Shown: positions 20,420 through 31,255, numbered from the stretch's first letter. The stretch is 64,000 nt of DNA from an uncultured Acidimicrobiia bacterium (GCA_963786955.1 CAWBAT010000008.1:96001-160000); one strand, 5' to 3'. The notes: generated by a model from the letters alone, not told the origin. Numbers and translations: made by a program.

Positions 20420-20496
20420 ATCGGCTCCCCTCTCCCCGAAGGTTTTCACCTATGTCTCCGAACGAAACAAAGCAGGAGAAGGGTTGGGGGGGACCT
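20420..20496. repeat. REP family B copy (ATCGGCTCCCCTCTCCCC...GGAGAGGGGTTGGGGG) with expanded loop
   Basis: Related copies at 31209-31255, 37764-37809, 42547-42594 and 45015-45064. Confidence 0.65.
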
Positions 20497-20632
20497 CTAA
20501 AGAAGACTCATTTGTCATTGTTGACTGTTCATTTCTCATTTTCCATTGAGAAGCTTCAATGAAAAATGGCAAATGGTAATTGACCAATGGTAAATAGGGT
20601 AGCTGCGAAGATGACATCAACCGGAGCTTTGC
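20497..20632. repeat. ~135 bp dispersed heptamer-hairpin element, copy 1
   Basis: CATTTNN heptamers / AAGCTT centre / (A/C)AATGGN heptamers; near-identical to 37583-37717. Confidence 0.85.
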
Positions 20633-20735
20633 TGCGGCCCCCCTTCAAAGGCGGACTTGTTTATGATCCCCTCCGTTGGAGGCGTGTAGGGGTGGGCCTT
20701 CGGTTCCCCTCGCTCCAACCACTCGTGAGCTCCTT

Positions 20736-22103
20736 ATGACTTTCATTCGCCCTTCCTTCCCCCGACCTCCCGGACCGAGAAATATCCTCCCGGGTCTCTG
20801 GTATGTTGGATTTCGCAGAGACCCCATCCGTTTTTTCATGCGATTGGCACACCAATATGGCGACATTGTTTATTTCCACCTGGGCCCCCAGCGAGTCTTC
20901 TTGTTGAATCATCCGGATCTGATTCGAGATATTCTGGTGACTCATGATTCCAATTTTGTCAAGGGTCGGGGGCTGGAGCGTGCCAAATTGCTATTGGGTG
21001 AAGGTCTCCTCACGAGTGAAGGGGAATTGCATCGCCGTCAACGAAGGTTGATGCAACCTGCCTTCCATCGTCTACGGCTTAAAGCCTATAGCGAGATCAT
21101 GGTGCAGGCTGCCGACCAATTGCAGGATACCTGGGAAGAAGGGATGGTTCTTGATCTGGATCATGTGATGAAAGGGCTTACCCTCTCAATCGTCGGCCGA
21201 ACCCTTTTCGGGGCTGATGTCGGGAAAGAGGCAAGCGAGTTGGAAGAGGCCTTAACCGCCGCTATGAAATTGTGGCGGAAAATGATGCTCCCTTTTGCCG
21301 AGACTCTCGAAAAATTTCCGCTTCCCAGTGTGCGCAAATTTCGGAACGCTCGGCGCCGCCTCGACGAGACGATTTATCGAATCATTGAGGAGCGGCGCTG
21401 GAAACCGGATCTCCACGATGATCTGCTCTCCATGCTTTTGGCGGCCCAGGATACGGAGGGAGACGGTGGACAAATGACTGACCTTCAGCTCCGGGATGAG
21501 GTGATGACATTGTTCTTAGCGGGGCATGAAACGACGGCTAACGCGCTGACCTGGACTTGGTATTTGCTTTCTCAAAATCCAGAAATTGAAACACGGTTTC
21601 ATGCCGAAGTGGATCGACTCCCGAAGGGAAAAGTGTCTTCTGCGGAGGACCTGCCTCTGCTCACTTACACTGAAAAAGTATTCGCGGAGTCGATGCGTTT
21701 GTTCCCGCCGGCCTGGTTGATTGGCAGACGAGCCCTTCGCGACTACGAAATTCCGCCGTACCGAATCCCCGCTCGATCTCTGGTCTTGATGAGCCAGTAT
21801 GTCATGCATCGGGATGAACGGTATTACCCGGATGCATCTCAATTTGATCCGGAACGCTGGACCCCGGAAGCCAAAGCATCTCGTCCTAAATTTGCTTACT
21901 TTCCTTTTGGCGGCGGGCCGAGGCAGTGTATTGGAGACGGGTTTGCTTGGATGGAAGGAGTCCTGCTCTTGGCTGCGATAGGAAGGACATGGAAGTTCAG
22001 GCTCGTTCCCGGCCACCCCGTAGAGATGCAGCCCCTTGTCACGTTGAGACCGAAGTATGGAATGAACATGATTCTGGAAAAGAGATTGAACCGAGTGATC
22101 TAG
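20736..22103 (+). CDS. Cytochrome P450
   Basis: I-helix FLAGHETT, ExxR (ESMR), PERW, heme motif [10 protein letters not shown]. Confidence 0.95.
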   Translation: MTFIRPSFPRPPGPRNILPGLWYVGFRRDPIRFFMRLAHQYGDIVYFHLGPQRVFLLNHPDLIRDILVTHDSNFVKGRGLERAKLLLGEGLLTSEGELHRRQRRLMQPAFHRLRLKAYSEIMVQAADQLQDTWEEGMVLDLDHVMKGLTLSIVGRTLFGADVGKEASELEEALTAAMKLWRKMMLPFAETLEKFPLPSVRKFRNARRRLDETIYRIIEERRWKPDLHDDLLSMLLAAQDTEGDGGQMTDLQLRDEVMTLFLAGHETTANALTWTWYLLSQNPEIETRFHAEVDRLPKGKVSSAEDLPLLTYTEKVFAESMRLFPPAWLIGRRALRDYEIPPYRIPARSLVLMSQYVMHRDERYYPDASQFDPERWTPEAKASRPKFAYFPFGGGPRQCIGDGFAWMEGVLLLAAIGRTWKFRLVPGHPVEMQPLVTLRPKYGMNMILEKRLNRVI

Positions 22104-22221
22104 CAGAAACAGAGTTGATTGGAGTTTATGAAATGAAGTTTGCTGATGGGCTTTAAACGGTGAAACATTAAGTCCCCACTGAAAGGACCCAAAATTACAG
22201 GCTAACTTTTGAAGGAGTGCG

Positions 22222-24468
22222 ATGGCAAAAGAAAACAGTGAGCGAGGAGTCTCCCGAAGAGCGTTTCTCAAGGTATCTGGCCCAGTGACTGCCGGAGCGT
22301 TGAGTTTGAGCACAGGTTCCATAAGAAATGTCGTTGCCGGGCAGAAACAACCTGAAGGGTCCCCGAAATATGGCATGCAGAACAAGCAGTTCAGCTTGGG
22401 GGTTTCCTCTGATGAGGGTTTGCAGGTTCTCTTGAAACATTTACCCTCGGGTATTGAACTTGCCAGTGGCGCCTATAACTTTTCCTTCGGGACCCCCAAG
22501 TTGGGGGCGCCCGTGAAGATGGAGGAATCCAACGTGGAAGTCCTCACTGTCAAGGGTTCCATCAGAGAGGCAATCTCGTTTAAGCATGAATTTCGGCTGC
22601 CTTCCTCTCAGCCCTGGTTTGAGGAGAACTTCACCATAACCAACCGTAGTTCCTACCCGTTGGACTTGAGTCAGGTGCGCGGGGGATTTGTTCTTCCCGT
22701 ACCATTTGAGGCGGATAAAGCCTCCGGTCCGCTTAAAGACTTTAAGTTCACGGCCATACCTTACCGACGTGAGCCCACTGGAGATCGGAAGCAATATGCC
22801 GACTATACATTGACCCAGGTCTTGACAGAGCCCCGGTCTTCACGCTTGCGCTCCGATTTTCCGATCCGGCGGGATGGAACGGTTGTCATGACGACGGCCT
22901 ATGAAACGGGTATTCCGAAAATTGAATTTATGGTGTACGCCTCTGAGGGTTGGGTGTTGACCGATGGGAAGCGGGGTTTCTTGATCACCAAATATAACCA
23001 GCGCGGAATGGAATGGTCACTCTTGAATCGGCTTCCAGTATCTGTAGATCAAACTGGTCTCTGCTGGGGTGGATTTGGCATTTTCGAGGGAGACCCGCAA
23101 CCGGCAACGATCTTGGCTCCGGGGCAAACCTATACGTTCGGGGTTTCGAGGCTCACCCCTTTTGAAGGAGGGTTAGAGGAGGGTTTCTATGTGTTTCGTG
23201 CTGAGATGGAATCAAGGGGACACGGTTGCCCAAAAGGCTTCGATCCACCTCTCCAATGGAATGAGCTTTACGATAATAAACTCTGGCATCTCGGCATGAT
23301 CGAGATGGACAAGCCGGAGAATCGCCGAAAGTATTACCAGCTTGCCGACATGTTGGAAGAGGCGAAGAAGGCGCGGGAATACCGTTGTGAAGCGCTCTAT
23401 TGCGATCCCGGATGGGATACCAGCTTTGCTTCCAAAATTTGGGATCAATCGCGTTTGGGAAACCTCAAAAACTTTAGCGAGCGGTTGCGGACAGATTATG
23501 GATTGAAGCTTTCCCTCCATACACCCATGTCAGGTTGGTGTAATCCCGTTTCCTACTCGCTGGATGCCACGCGAATGGACCGTCAGGGGAACCGGGTGCC
23601 ATTTTCTCTTTGCGCCGCTTCCCAACAATTTCAGGATGAAACCCTTTCCCGGCTGGAGACTCTGGCGCGAGATGGAGCGACCTTCTTCATGTTTGATGGA
23701 ACAATGTATCATGGTGAATGCTGGGATCCGGCACACGACCACCCGATTCCGGCGCGCCGGGAGGACCACGTTCAGGGGAATCTACGCTTGGCGCGAGGGG
23801 TCCACGCCAAGTATCCCCAGGTCTTGATTGAGATGCATGACCCCGTTCTGGGTGGGGCTCGATTGCGCTACGCCCCGACATACTATGGACACGGCCCGGA
23901 CCCTTATGGCGTAAGCATTCCAAGTCCTGCCGGGTTCGATTCGGTTTGGGCATTCGAGCTGATGTGGGATCCCATGGCTGACCTGGTTGGCGGGCACAGC
24001 ATCGCGCTGTATTATTACAATCTGGCCTACTCTCTGCCGCTTTATATTCACATTGACCTTCGCACGGATAACGCCCAAGCCCTCATGTTTTGGTGGAATG
24101 CCTCGACCTGCAGGCATCTGGGCATTGGAGGGACCCATCCTGACCCGAGTGTCCAAAAGGCACACCAGGCTGCTGCCGCCACTTTTCGCCGCCTGAAGTC
24201 TTTTTTTGCTTCCGGAATTTTTTATGGGATTGATGAATTGACTCACTTCCACCGCCATCCCACCGAGTGCTCCGCTGTGATCAATTGCTTCAATCTGGAA
24301 GACCAGCCGGTTACGCGGAGATTTTTATTTGAACCCGCCCGGTTTGGGCTTGATGCTGGCGCGACTTATCAGGTCAGTGGAGGAAACGCTCATAGAAAAA
24401 ACGGGCGTTACGAAATTGAGGTCACTATTGTCAGCTACGGGCATACGCTCATCGAGCTAAAGAGCTAG
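22222..24468 (+). CDS. Tat-exported protein, distant GH36/GH27-like TIM-barrel glycosidase
   Basis: SRRAFLK Tat motif; WNE..., CDPGW, FFMFDG, IEMH patterns resembling clan GH-D. Confidence 0.6.
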   Translation: MAKENSERGVSRRAFLKVSGPVTAGALSLSTGSIRNVVAGQKQPEGSPKYGMQNKQFSLGVSSDEGLQVLLKHLPSGIELASGAYNFSFGTPKLGAPVKMEESNVEVLTVKGSIREAISFKHEFRLPSSQPWFEENFTITNRSSYPLDLSQVRGGFVLPVPFEADKASGPLKDFKFTAIPYRREPTGDRKQYADYTLTQVLTEPRSSRLRSDFPIRRDGTVVMTTAYETGIPKIEFMVYASEGWVLTDGKRGFLITKYNQRGMEWSLLNRLPVSVDQTGLCWGGFGIFEGDPQPATILAPGQTYTFGVSRLTPFEGGLEEGFYVFRAEMESRGHGCPKGFDPPLQWNELYDNKLWHLGMIEMDKPENRRKYYQLADMLEEAKKAREYRCEALYCDPGWDTSFASKIWDQSRLGNLKNFSERLRTDYGLKLSLHTPMSGWCNPVSYSLDATRMDRQGNRVPFSLCAASQQFQDETLSRLETLARDGATFFMFDGTMYHGECWDPAHDHPIPARREDHVQGNLRLARGVHAKYPQVLIEMHDPVLGGARLRYAPTYYGHGPDPYGVSIPSPAGFDSVWAFELMWDPMADLVGGHSIALYYYNLAYSLPLYIHIDLRTDNAQALMFWWNASTCRHLGIGGTHPDPSVQKAHQAAAATFRRLKSFFASGIFYGIDELTHFHRHPTECSAVINCFNLEDQPVTRRFLFEPARFGLDAGATYQVSGGNAHRKNGRYEIEVTIVSYGHTLIELKS

Positions 24469-24573
24469 TACCGTTTCATCTTATACAGACGCAATGGGGA
24501 TAACGAAAAACCCGGCCTCCTGGAATTCGATCCTCCAAGCCGGTTGAAGACGCGACATGGTACCTTGCAATTG

Positions 24574-24608
24574 TCCCCACTTGCACAAGGGGGGACTTCA
24601 GGGGGGTC
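24574..24608. repeat. REP family C (CCCCCTT..AAGGGGG) copy
   Basis: Related hairpins at 20637-20697, 31141-31177 and 49436-49472. Confidence 0.5.
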
Positions 24609-24777
24609 GTCAAAACTGGGCAGGCACTCTGCCGGAGAAAAGCCCACGATGAATAGTGAAAGCACATTCATCGTGGCTTCCAATACAAATGCGAGACCGA
24701 TGACATTCGCGGCCACGCGGACCTCGGATCGAGACCAGATAAGGTATCATCGGCTCCGCATCTGCGAACTCAATCTA

Positions 24778-27135
24778 ATGACAATAACGAATCGATTCTT
24801 CCGACCCATTGCAAGTTACTCCTTGGCCTCCTTATTTCTCTTGGGAGGATTTGTATGGGAAGGGTGTCATGTTCGAGAAGATCACTGGCCAAAACAAGTT
24901 CGAAGCACGGGTGCCGGAGGAGTCGCCTTTGTCGACAATCAGGTTTGCGCGGAGTGTCATCAACTGGAATTCAAAGAATGGTCCGGTTCCAACCATGATC
25001 TGGGTATGCAACCAGCCAATGAGAAGACAGTCCTAGGTAATTTCAATGATACCCGCTTCACCTATTTTGGCGTGACATCCCACTTCTTTAAAAAGGGCCC
25101 CAAATTTTTTGTGAATACGGATGGTCCCGATGGGAAGATGACCGATTTCGAAATTCGATACACCATCGGGGTCGAACCCCTGCAGCAGTATCTGATTGAG
25201 TTTCCGGGCGGCCGGTTGCAATGCTTATCGATTTCTTGGGACACCACGAAGAAAGAATGGTTTCATCTCTACCCTGACGAAAAAATTGAATATACCGACC
25301 CTTTACACTGGACCCAACGTTCTCAGAACTGGAACATGATGTGCGCCGAATGCCACACAACGCATCTCCGGAAAAATTACGACTTGGCGAGTGATTCCTA
25401 CAAAACGGAATGGGATGTCATCAATGTGAGCTGCCAGGCCTGCCATGGTCCGGGCGAAGCCCACGTGAACTGGGCTCGGGCTAGGGCAGGGAGCAAGTTT
25501 CCCCAGGTCCGGGACGACTACGATGGAAAAAACTCCACGCACTATGCTCTTCAAGTGCAATTCACGGGCAAGACTCCGCTGCCTGAGATTGAAGCCTGTG
25601 CGCGTTGTCATTCTCGACGTCACCGGCTTTCTCCCGATGACGGGCAAGGGGAGCCTTACTTGGATTATTTGCAGGTCGAGACTCTCCGCCAAGGTCTCTA
25701 CCATCCCGACGGCCAGATCCAAGGCGAAGTCTATGCCTATGGATCATTCATCCAGAGTAAGATGTATCACGAGGGAGTTCGTTGCTCGAATTGCCACAAT
25801 CCTCATAGTCTGCGCACGTGGGGTGTGGCCAATAAGTTGTGTATTCGTTGTCATCAAACATCGCCCCCTTCGGACTTTCCCACGCTCAAATCGAAACAAT
25901 ACGACACTCCTGCCCATCACTTTCACCGCGAAGACTCTGCTGGCGCTCAATGCGTGAATTGCCACATGCCGACTCAAACGTATATGGTTGTCGATCCCCG
26001 CCGCGATCATAGCCTCCGAGTGCCTCGGCCTGACCTGTCTTTGAAATTGGGAACCCCTAATGCCTGCAACCAATGCCATCGTGACCGCTCACTGGAATGG
26101 GCAGCCCAGGCTGTTGCTCGCTGGTACGGACCTCACCGGCAACAGGATTCACATTTTGGTGAAATCCTGAGCGCCGGCAGAGCAGGAAGCGAAGATGCTG
26201 AATCCAGGCTGTTGCAACTGGCCAATGATTCGAAGCAGCCGGCAATTGCACGGGCAACCGCTCTGGAGTTGTTTCGTCCATCCAGCCCGGGAAGTTTGGA
26301 AGCCATGCTGAAGTTAGTGACAGACGTTGATCCGCTCGTTCGGGTTTATGCATTGAAAGGTCTGGACCAAGCAGCGCCCGAATTCAGACTCGAGAGAGCT
26401 GCTCCTTTGTTGAACGACCCGGTTCGCGCCGTTCGTATTGAAGCCGCCCGGGTTCTGGCATCCGTGCAAGCCGAACAGTTCAGTCCGGCCCAACGCAAGG
26501 CATTTGAATCTGCCCGGCAGGAGTTTATTGATGCACAAATGTCGCAGTCAGACATGCCTTCCGCCCACTTAAATTTGGGAGTGATGTATGCAAACTCAGG
26601 ACAAACTGAGCGGGCCGAACAGTCTTATTTGAAGGCTCTCCGCTTGGATCCGACATTCCTTCCCGTCCATGTGAACCTGGCCAATCTTTATAACCAGTTG
26701 GGCCGTAATCCCGAGGCCGAGCAGGTCCTTCGAAATGCCATTGAAAAAGCGCCGAAGGAAGGTGAGTTGTATTATTCGCTTGGGCTGCTCCTGGCTGAAG
26801 AAAACCGCCTGTCTGAGGCGGAAGCCAGCCTGGGGAAAGCTGCAGAACTGCTTCCGCGCCGTGCCACTGTACGTTACAACAGAGGCCTGGCCTTACAACA
26901 AATGGGCCAGCGACCCGAGGCAGAAGAACAGTTATTGGCAGCAAACCGATTGGAACCGGAGAATCCAAAGATTCTGAATGCGCTAGCCATTTTCTATTTG
27001 CAAGACCAGCACCCAAAGCAGGCCTTGCCTTTTGCTGAGCAACTGGCGAAAATGTTTCCTGCTGCACCGGGCCCAAGCCAGTTGCTCCTGAAGATTCAGC
27101 AGGAACTTTCCAGCAAAGAAAATAAAACTCGGTAG
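24778..27135 (+). CDS. Octaheme c-type cytochrome fused to HEAT and TPR repeats
   Basis: Eight CxxCH motifs (CAECH x2, CQACH, CARCH, CSNCH, CIRCH, CVNCH, CNQCH), HEAT-like DPLVRVYA/DPVRAVR, C-terminal TPRs; N-terminal signal. Confidence 0.88.
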   Translation: MTITNRFFRPIASYSLASLFLLGGFVWEGCHVREDHWPKQVRSTGAGGVAFVDNQVCAECHQLEFKEWSGSNHDLGMQPANEKTVLGNFNDTRFTYFGVTSHFFKKGPKFFVNTDGPDGKMTDFEIRYTIGVEPLQQYLIEFPGGRLQCLSISWDTTKKEWFHLYPDEKIEYTDPLHWTQRSQNWNMMCAECHTTHLRKNYDLASDSYKTEWDVINVSCQACHGPGEAHVNWARARAGSKFPQVRDDYDGKNSTHYALQVQFTGKTPLPEIEACARCHSRRHRLSPDDGQGEPYLDYLQVETLRQGLYHPDGQIQGEVYAYGSFIQSKMYHEGVRCSNCHNPHSLRTWGVANKLCIRCHQTSPPSDFPTLKSKQYDTPAHHFHREDSAGAQCVNCHMPTQTYMVVDPRRDHSLRVPRPDLSLKLGTPNACNQCHRDRSLEWAAQAVARWYGPHRQQDSHFGEILSAGRAGSEDAESRLLQLANDSKQPAIARATALELFRPSSPGSLEAMLKLVTDVDPLVRVYALKGLDQAAPEFRLERAAPLLNDPVRAVRIEAARVLASVQAEQFSPAQRKAFESARQEFIDAQMSQSDMPSAHLNLGVMYANSGQTERAEQSYLKALRLDPTFLPVHVNLANLYNQLGRNPEAEQVLRNAIEKAPKEGELYYSLGLLLAEENRLSEAEASLGKAAELLPRRATVRYNRGLALQQMGQRPEAEEQLLAANRLEPENPKILNALAIFYLQDQHPKQALPFAEQLAKMFPAAPGPSQLLLKIQQELSSKENKTR

Positions 27136-27201
27136 AGCTTAAGACAGGGACAACCTCTAAGTTGCACGATTTTGCGGTGTTTGTTGCAGCCGGGGATGCC
27201 T

Positions 27202-27412
27202 TGTAGGGAGCGGACGCTGTTCCGTTCCTTGCTGAAGGGCCTAACGATCTAAATTCAGCCATCCGTGTCAGTCAGGAACGTGGCGGCGAGCGTTCCCTTC
27301 TGAGGTTTGTAGGCCGCCTTCCCCCACTCGGCGATTTCTCAGACGCCGGGTCAGGGGACCCGTCCCACAGTAGGGCGTAGGATTCTGGCTTTCTCGAAAC
27401 CCCAATCCTACG
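27202..27412. repeat. Patchwork of three GTAG-type REP/REPIN units
   Basis: 27202-27300 REPIN; GTAGGCCGCC...CGCCGGGTCAGGGGACCCGTCCCACA; GTAGGGCGTAGGATT...AATCCTACGC. Confidence 0.7.
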
Positions 27413-27462
27413 CGGCGTGGTCGGTTTGCCAGAATCGAAAGTAATCATTGAGGGGAGAATCC

Positions 27463-28884
27463 ATGAATCACAACTCCGGAATCCAATCAATAGCTTTTAG
27501 GCGCGCGACGCTGCAAAGCGAACGATCCCGAATCATTGGACTCCTCATCCTACTGAGTGCATCGGCCCTGCTTGTTTTGGTTCGCGCCTCAATCAGCACG
27601 AATCAGGCAGAGAAACGGGTTGTTCCCGAGGCCATCTTTCTTGTAGTTGTTGTGATTGTTTATGAAAGTCTGATGCTGAAACGAATCAACCGCAAGATCC
27701 AGGAGTCGCAAGATTTTCCAGGTTGGTTCTGGGGAGTGAATTTTTTTATCGAAACGCTCTTGCCGACGGGATTGCTCTTCCTCTTGACCGAGAGCCCTTA
27801 CTTTGGCCCTTATCGAGCGTTGGTTGCCCCAGCCGTTCTGACCTACTTTTTAGGCATGATTTTATCGACCTTGAGACTCAGCCCGCTGCTTTCGCGCCTG
27901 ACCGGCTTATATTCTGCAGGCGGTTATCTGGCAGTTGCCGCCTATACTTTCCGGTATTATCCCAGACCCAACATCTACCCGAGTGGCTTTGGTCTTGAAG
28001 TTATTCTAACTTATGCGGCAATGCTCTTAATTGGTGGTTTTGTCGCCGGAGCCGTCGCGGGAGAGATTCGGAAACATGTCTTAGCCGCGCTTCGTGAAGC
28101 GGAGACGCGAAGGCTCATGGAAAAAATGGAGCACGACCTGAATGTGGCCCGCTCCATCCAGCAAGGGCTGATGCCCACGCAGTCGCCGCCTGCTGAACAT
28201 TTTGACATTGCCGGCTGGAATCTTTCCGCGGATCAAACGGGAGGTGATTATTTCGATTGGCAGACTTTACCCGACGGACGTATCGTTGTGACGCTCGGGG
28301 ACTCAACCGGGCACGGCATCGGACCAGCGTTGGTCGCCACCGCCTGCCGTGCCTACTCTCGGGCTTGTTTTCTCTCTGGCCATGAAATCACGAAGGTATT
28401 GGACCGGATCAACGACTTATTGGTGGCTGACCTGCCTCAAGAACGGTTTGTCACTTTCGTGGCGGCTTTGTTAGACCCGATTCGTTTTCGGATCCAGTTG
28501 TTATCTGCAGGCCATGGCCCGTTGTTGCTATATACGGCAGCTGACCAGCGAATCCAGAACATCAATCCACAAGGCATTCCCCTAGGGTTACTGGAGGGAG
28601 CGCCGATGGATTCGCCTCTGCAAATTGACGTAGCGCCAGGAGATATTCTTCTTCTAGTGACTGATGGATTCTTTGAGTGGGTCAATGCCCAGGATGAGCA
28701 ATTCGGAGTCGAACGGATGGAAGAGGTAATCCGCGTCAATTGCCATCGACCTGCCAAGGAGTTAATTTCCACGCTTTATGAAGCGGTTCTCAAATTCGCT
28801 GCGGGAACCCAACAGCTCGATGATTTGACGGCCGTGGTCGTGAAACGTAAGACCCCCAATGGTGGCCTTGCGAGATCCTTCTGA
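27463..28884 (+). CDS. Membrane-anchored PP2C/SpoIIE (RsbU-like) phosphatase
   Basis: N-terminal TM helices; GGDYFD, GDSTGHG, SAGH, VTDGFFE, DDLT. Confidence 0.9.
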   Translation: MNHNSGIQSIAFRRATLQSERSRIIGLLILLSASALLVLVRASISTNQAEKRVVPEAIFLVVVVIVYESLMLKRINRKIQESQDFPGWFWGVNFFIETLLPTGLLFLLTESPYFGPYRALVAPAVLTYFLGMILSTLRLSPLLSRLTGLYSAGGYLAVAAYTFRYYPRPNIYPSGFGLEVILTYAAMLLIGGFVAGAVAGEIRKHVLAALREAETRRLMEKMEHDLNVARSIQQGLMPTQSPPAEHFDIAGWNLSADQTGGDYFDWQTLPDGRIVVTLGDSTGHGIGPALVATACRAYSRACFLSGHEITKVLDRINDLLVADLPQERFVTFVAALLDPIRFRIQLLSAGHGPLLLYTAADQRIQNINPQGIPLGLLEGAPMDSPLQIDVAPGDILLLVTDGFFEWVNAQDEQFGVERMEEVIRVNCHRPAKELISTLYEAVLKFAAGTQQLDDLTAVVVKRKTPNGGLARSF

Positions 28885-29083
28885 CTTTACAGAAGAGAGT
28901 CGACTCTAAACTTTGCATCGCGAGAAGCTGGCTTTGCCAAGGCATGAAGTGGTAGGCTGTGCCTCTACAACTCATTCCCTGTGAAGGATGTTTGTCAAAA
29001 TAAGAATTCCCATTTAGACGGTCACCGTCAGAAAGGACGCGAAAGCCAGCGAACAATGCTTTTTGTTCCTGGTCTTACTCATC

Positions 29084-30430
29084 ATGAAATTCAACCGATA
29101 CTTACTCGGCAGTACCATGGTCGCCGCGCTAGGTGGTTTCTTATTCGGATTCGACACCGCCGTGATTTCCGGAACCACCGATGCCTTGCGTCATGTCTTC
29201 CATCTCACCAGCGGCCAACTTGGATTTACTGTGGCCAGTGCTTTGATTGGGACGATCCTGGGTTCTCTCGCCGCGGGTAAGCCTGCAGAAATTCTGGGTC
29301 GCCGAAAGACCCTAACCATTTTGGCGGTGCTTTATTTTATTTCCGCCCTGGGCTGCGGGTTTGCCTGGAGCCACACGGCGTTGCTCCTTTTCCGCTTTAT
29401 CGGGGGGTTGGCTATCGGTGGCGCTTCGGTTGTCTCGCCCATGTACATTGCCGAAATCTCGCCACCTCAGGCCCGCGGACGGCTGGTGGCAGTCAGCCAA
29501 TTGAATATCGTCATTGGCGTGCTTACTGCCTATGCCTCTAATTATTTCATTTCCGCACAATTTCCCACTTCGGTGGCCTCGGGCACGTCAGACGCCTGGC
29601 GTTGGATGCTGGGGGTGGTTGCCATCCCGGCAATCCTGTTCTTCTTCTTTTTGATCCCGATTCCAGAAAGCCCGCGTTGGCTGGTAAAGCGGCATCGGCG
29701 AGATGAAGCGCTGAGCGTCCTTCAGAAGCTGGGAAATGAAGATGCTGAAGGCGTACTTAAGGAAATAGTAGATTCGCTCCATGAAGAACGCGTCAGCATC
29801 AATGAGCCGTTCTTTACCCGTAAGTACCGCATCCCCATCCTGCTGGCTTTCATGGTGGCTACTTTCAACCAGATGTCTGGCATCAATGCCATCATCTATT
29901 ACACGGCAGATATTTTTAGAATGGCAGGCGCTGGACAGGCCAGTGCCCTATTCCAGTCTGTGATCATCGGATTTACGAACCTGATTTCTACTTTGATCGC
30001 GATGACCATGATTGATCGGTTTGGGCGGAAGAAACTCCTTCTGATCGGGTCGGTGGGGTTGACCGTCTGTCTCGGCATCACGGCCTACGCCTTCTACAAC
30101 GGCATTGGAGGCGGATTGGTGCTCGGCAGCTTGATGGGATACATCGCCTTTTTCGGGTTTTCTCAAGGCTCGGTGATCTGGGTTTTCTTGAGTGAGATCT
30201 TTCCCAATCGTGTGCGTGCCAGAGGCCAGGCTTTGGGAAGCTTCGTCCACTGGTTCTGGTGTGCCATAGTCAGCTGGACATTCCCCATTATCGCCGAGCA
30301 CTCCGGTGGACATGCTTTCTCTTTCTTTGGATGCATGATGGTTCTGCAATTCATCATGGTGTGGAAGTTCTTGCCGGAAACCAAGGGAGTATCCCTGGAG
30401 CAAATCCAGCGGACACTTGGAATCGAGTAA
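29084..30430 (+). CDS. Sugar porter family MFS transporter (XylE/AraE-like)
   Basis: GGFLFGFDTAVISG, PMYIAEISP, PESPRWL, DRFGRK, PETKG. Confidence 0.93.
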   Translation: MKFNRYLLGSTMVAALGGFLFGFDTAVISGTTDALRHVFHLTSGQLGFTVASALIGTILGSLAAGKPAEILGRRKTLTILAVLYFISALGCGFAWSHTALLLFRFIGGLAIGGASVVSPMYIAEISPPQARGRLVAVSQLNIVIGVLTAYASNYFISAQFPTSVASGTSDAWRWMLGVVAIPAILFFFFLIPIPESPRWLVKRHRRDEALSVLQKLGNEDAEGVLKEIVDSLHEERVSINEPFFTRKYRIPILLAFMVATFNQMSGINAIIYYTADIFRMAGAGQASALFQSVIIGFTNLISTLIAMTMIDRFGRKKLLLIGSVGLTVCLGITAYAFYNGIGGGLVLGSLMGYIAFFGFSQGSVIWVFLSEIFPNRVRARGQALGSFVHWFWCAIVSWTFPIIAEHSGGHAFSFFGCMMVLQFIMVWKFLPETKGVSLEQIQRTLGIE

Positions 30431-30491
30431 TTGGACTTTCCAACATTTTTGATCAAGGCCACCTTCAAGCAAACATATATATGGAGGAATC

Positions 30492-31091
30492 ATGACCAAG
30501 CCGATCCAATCGCGGGCCCTACCGTTGATGGCCTGGATATTGATCCTCGTTATCGCGCTCCCCTTGATGGCCGGCGAAACAAAGGAAATTTACACAGGCA
30601 CGGCCGTGTCGGTCGGCGGCACGGTTTCCGGTCAGCTTGCCTCAACGACCTTTAATCTGACCATCGAAGGCTATACATCCGATGAAGAGGCCCAGCGGTA
30701 TCTGACTACTTTGGCGGAAGAAAAACAAGATGGCCTGTTAAAAGCGATCTCGAAACAGAAATTGGGTTTTTTCTCTCTCTCCGGGCAGGTGGGAAGGACG
30801 ATCAATGTGGTCCGGGTGCATAATCTCGAAGAAGGCAAGCGTAAGGTCGTGGTGGTCTTTGAGCGTTGGCTCAAGATGGCCGAAGTGCGAAATGGCTATC
30901 GCTCCAGAGACTATCCCTTTGGGGTGATTGAAATCGTAATGGACCCTGATGGTAAGGGGGAAGGAACCTATATTGGTGCAGCCAAAATCCGTTGGGTGAC
31001 CGACGAGAAGACGGGGAAAAAGTCTGTGGAGATTGAGAATTTTGCGACCTACCCGACACGCCTCATGGGGGTTGCGAAGCGGAGCAAGTGA
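30492..31091 (+). CDS. Exported hypothetical protein
   Basis: GGAGG RBS, signal peptide, globular mature region; no family recognised. Confidence 0.7.
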   Translation: MTKPIQSRALPLMAWILILVIALPLMAGETKEIYTGTAVSVGGTVSGQLASTTFNLTIEGYTSDEEAQRYLTTLAEEKQDGLLKAISKQKLGFFSLSGQVGRTINVVRVHNLEEGKRKVVVVFERWLKMAEVRNGYRSRDYPFGVIEIVMDPDGKGEGTYIGAAKIRWVTDEKTGKKSVEIENFATYPTRLMGVAKRSK

Positions 31092-31208
31092 TAGACAGCA
31101 GATCTCAGCCCTCCATAGGTTCGACAGCGGAATTGAAAAGTCCCCCTTGGAAGGGGGCAGCAGCAAGGCTACGGGGGATGTCTTCTAGGTAGCTGTCCAT
31201 AGGCACGC

Positions 31209-31255
31209 AGGTCCCCCCCCAACCCCTCTCCCGCGCTGGGGAGAGGGGAGCCGAT
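31209..31255. repeat. REP family B copy
   Basis: CCCCAACCCCTCTCCCGCGCTGGGGAGAGGGGAGCCGAT. Confidence 0.7.

Noticed and set aside
20497-20632. Possible CRISPR array in the short-period repeats
   Set aside because: Units are 7 bp with no unique spacers, and there are no cas genes.
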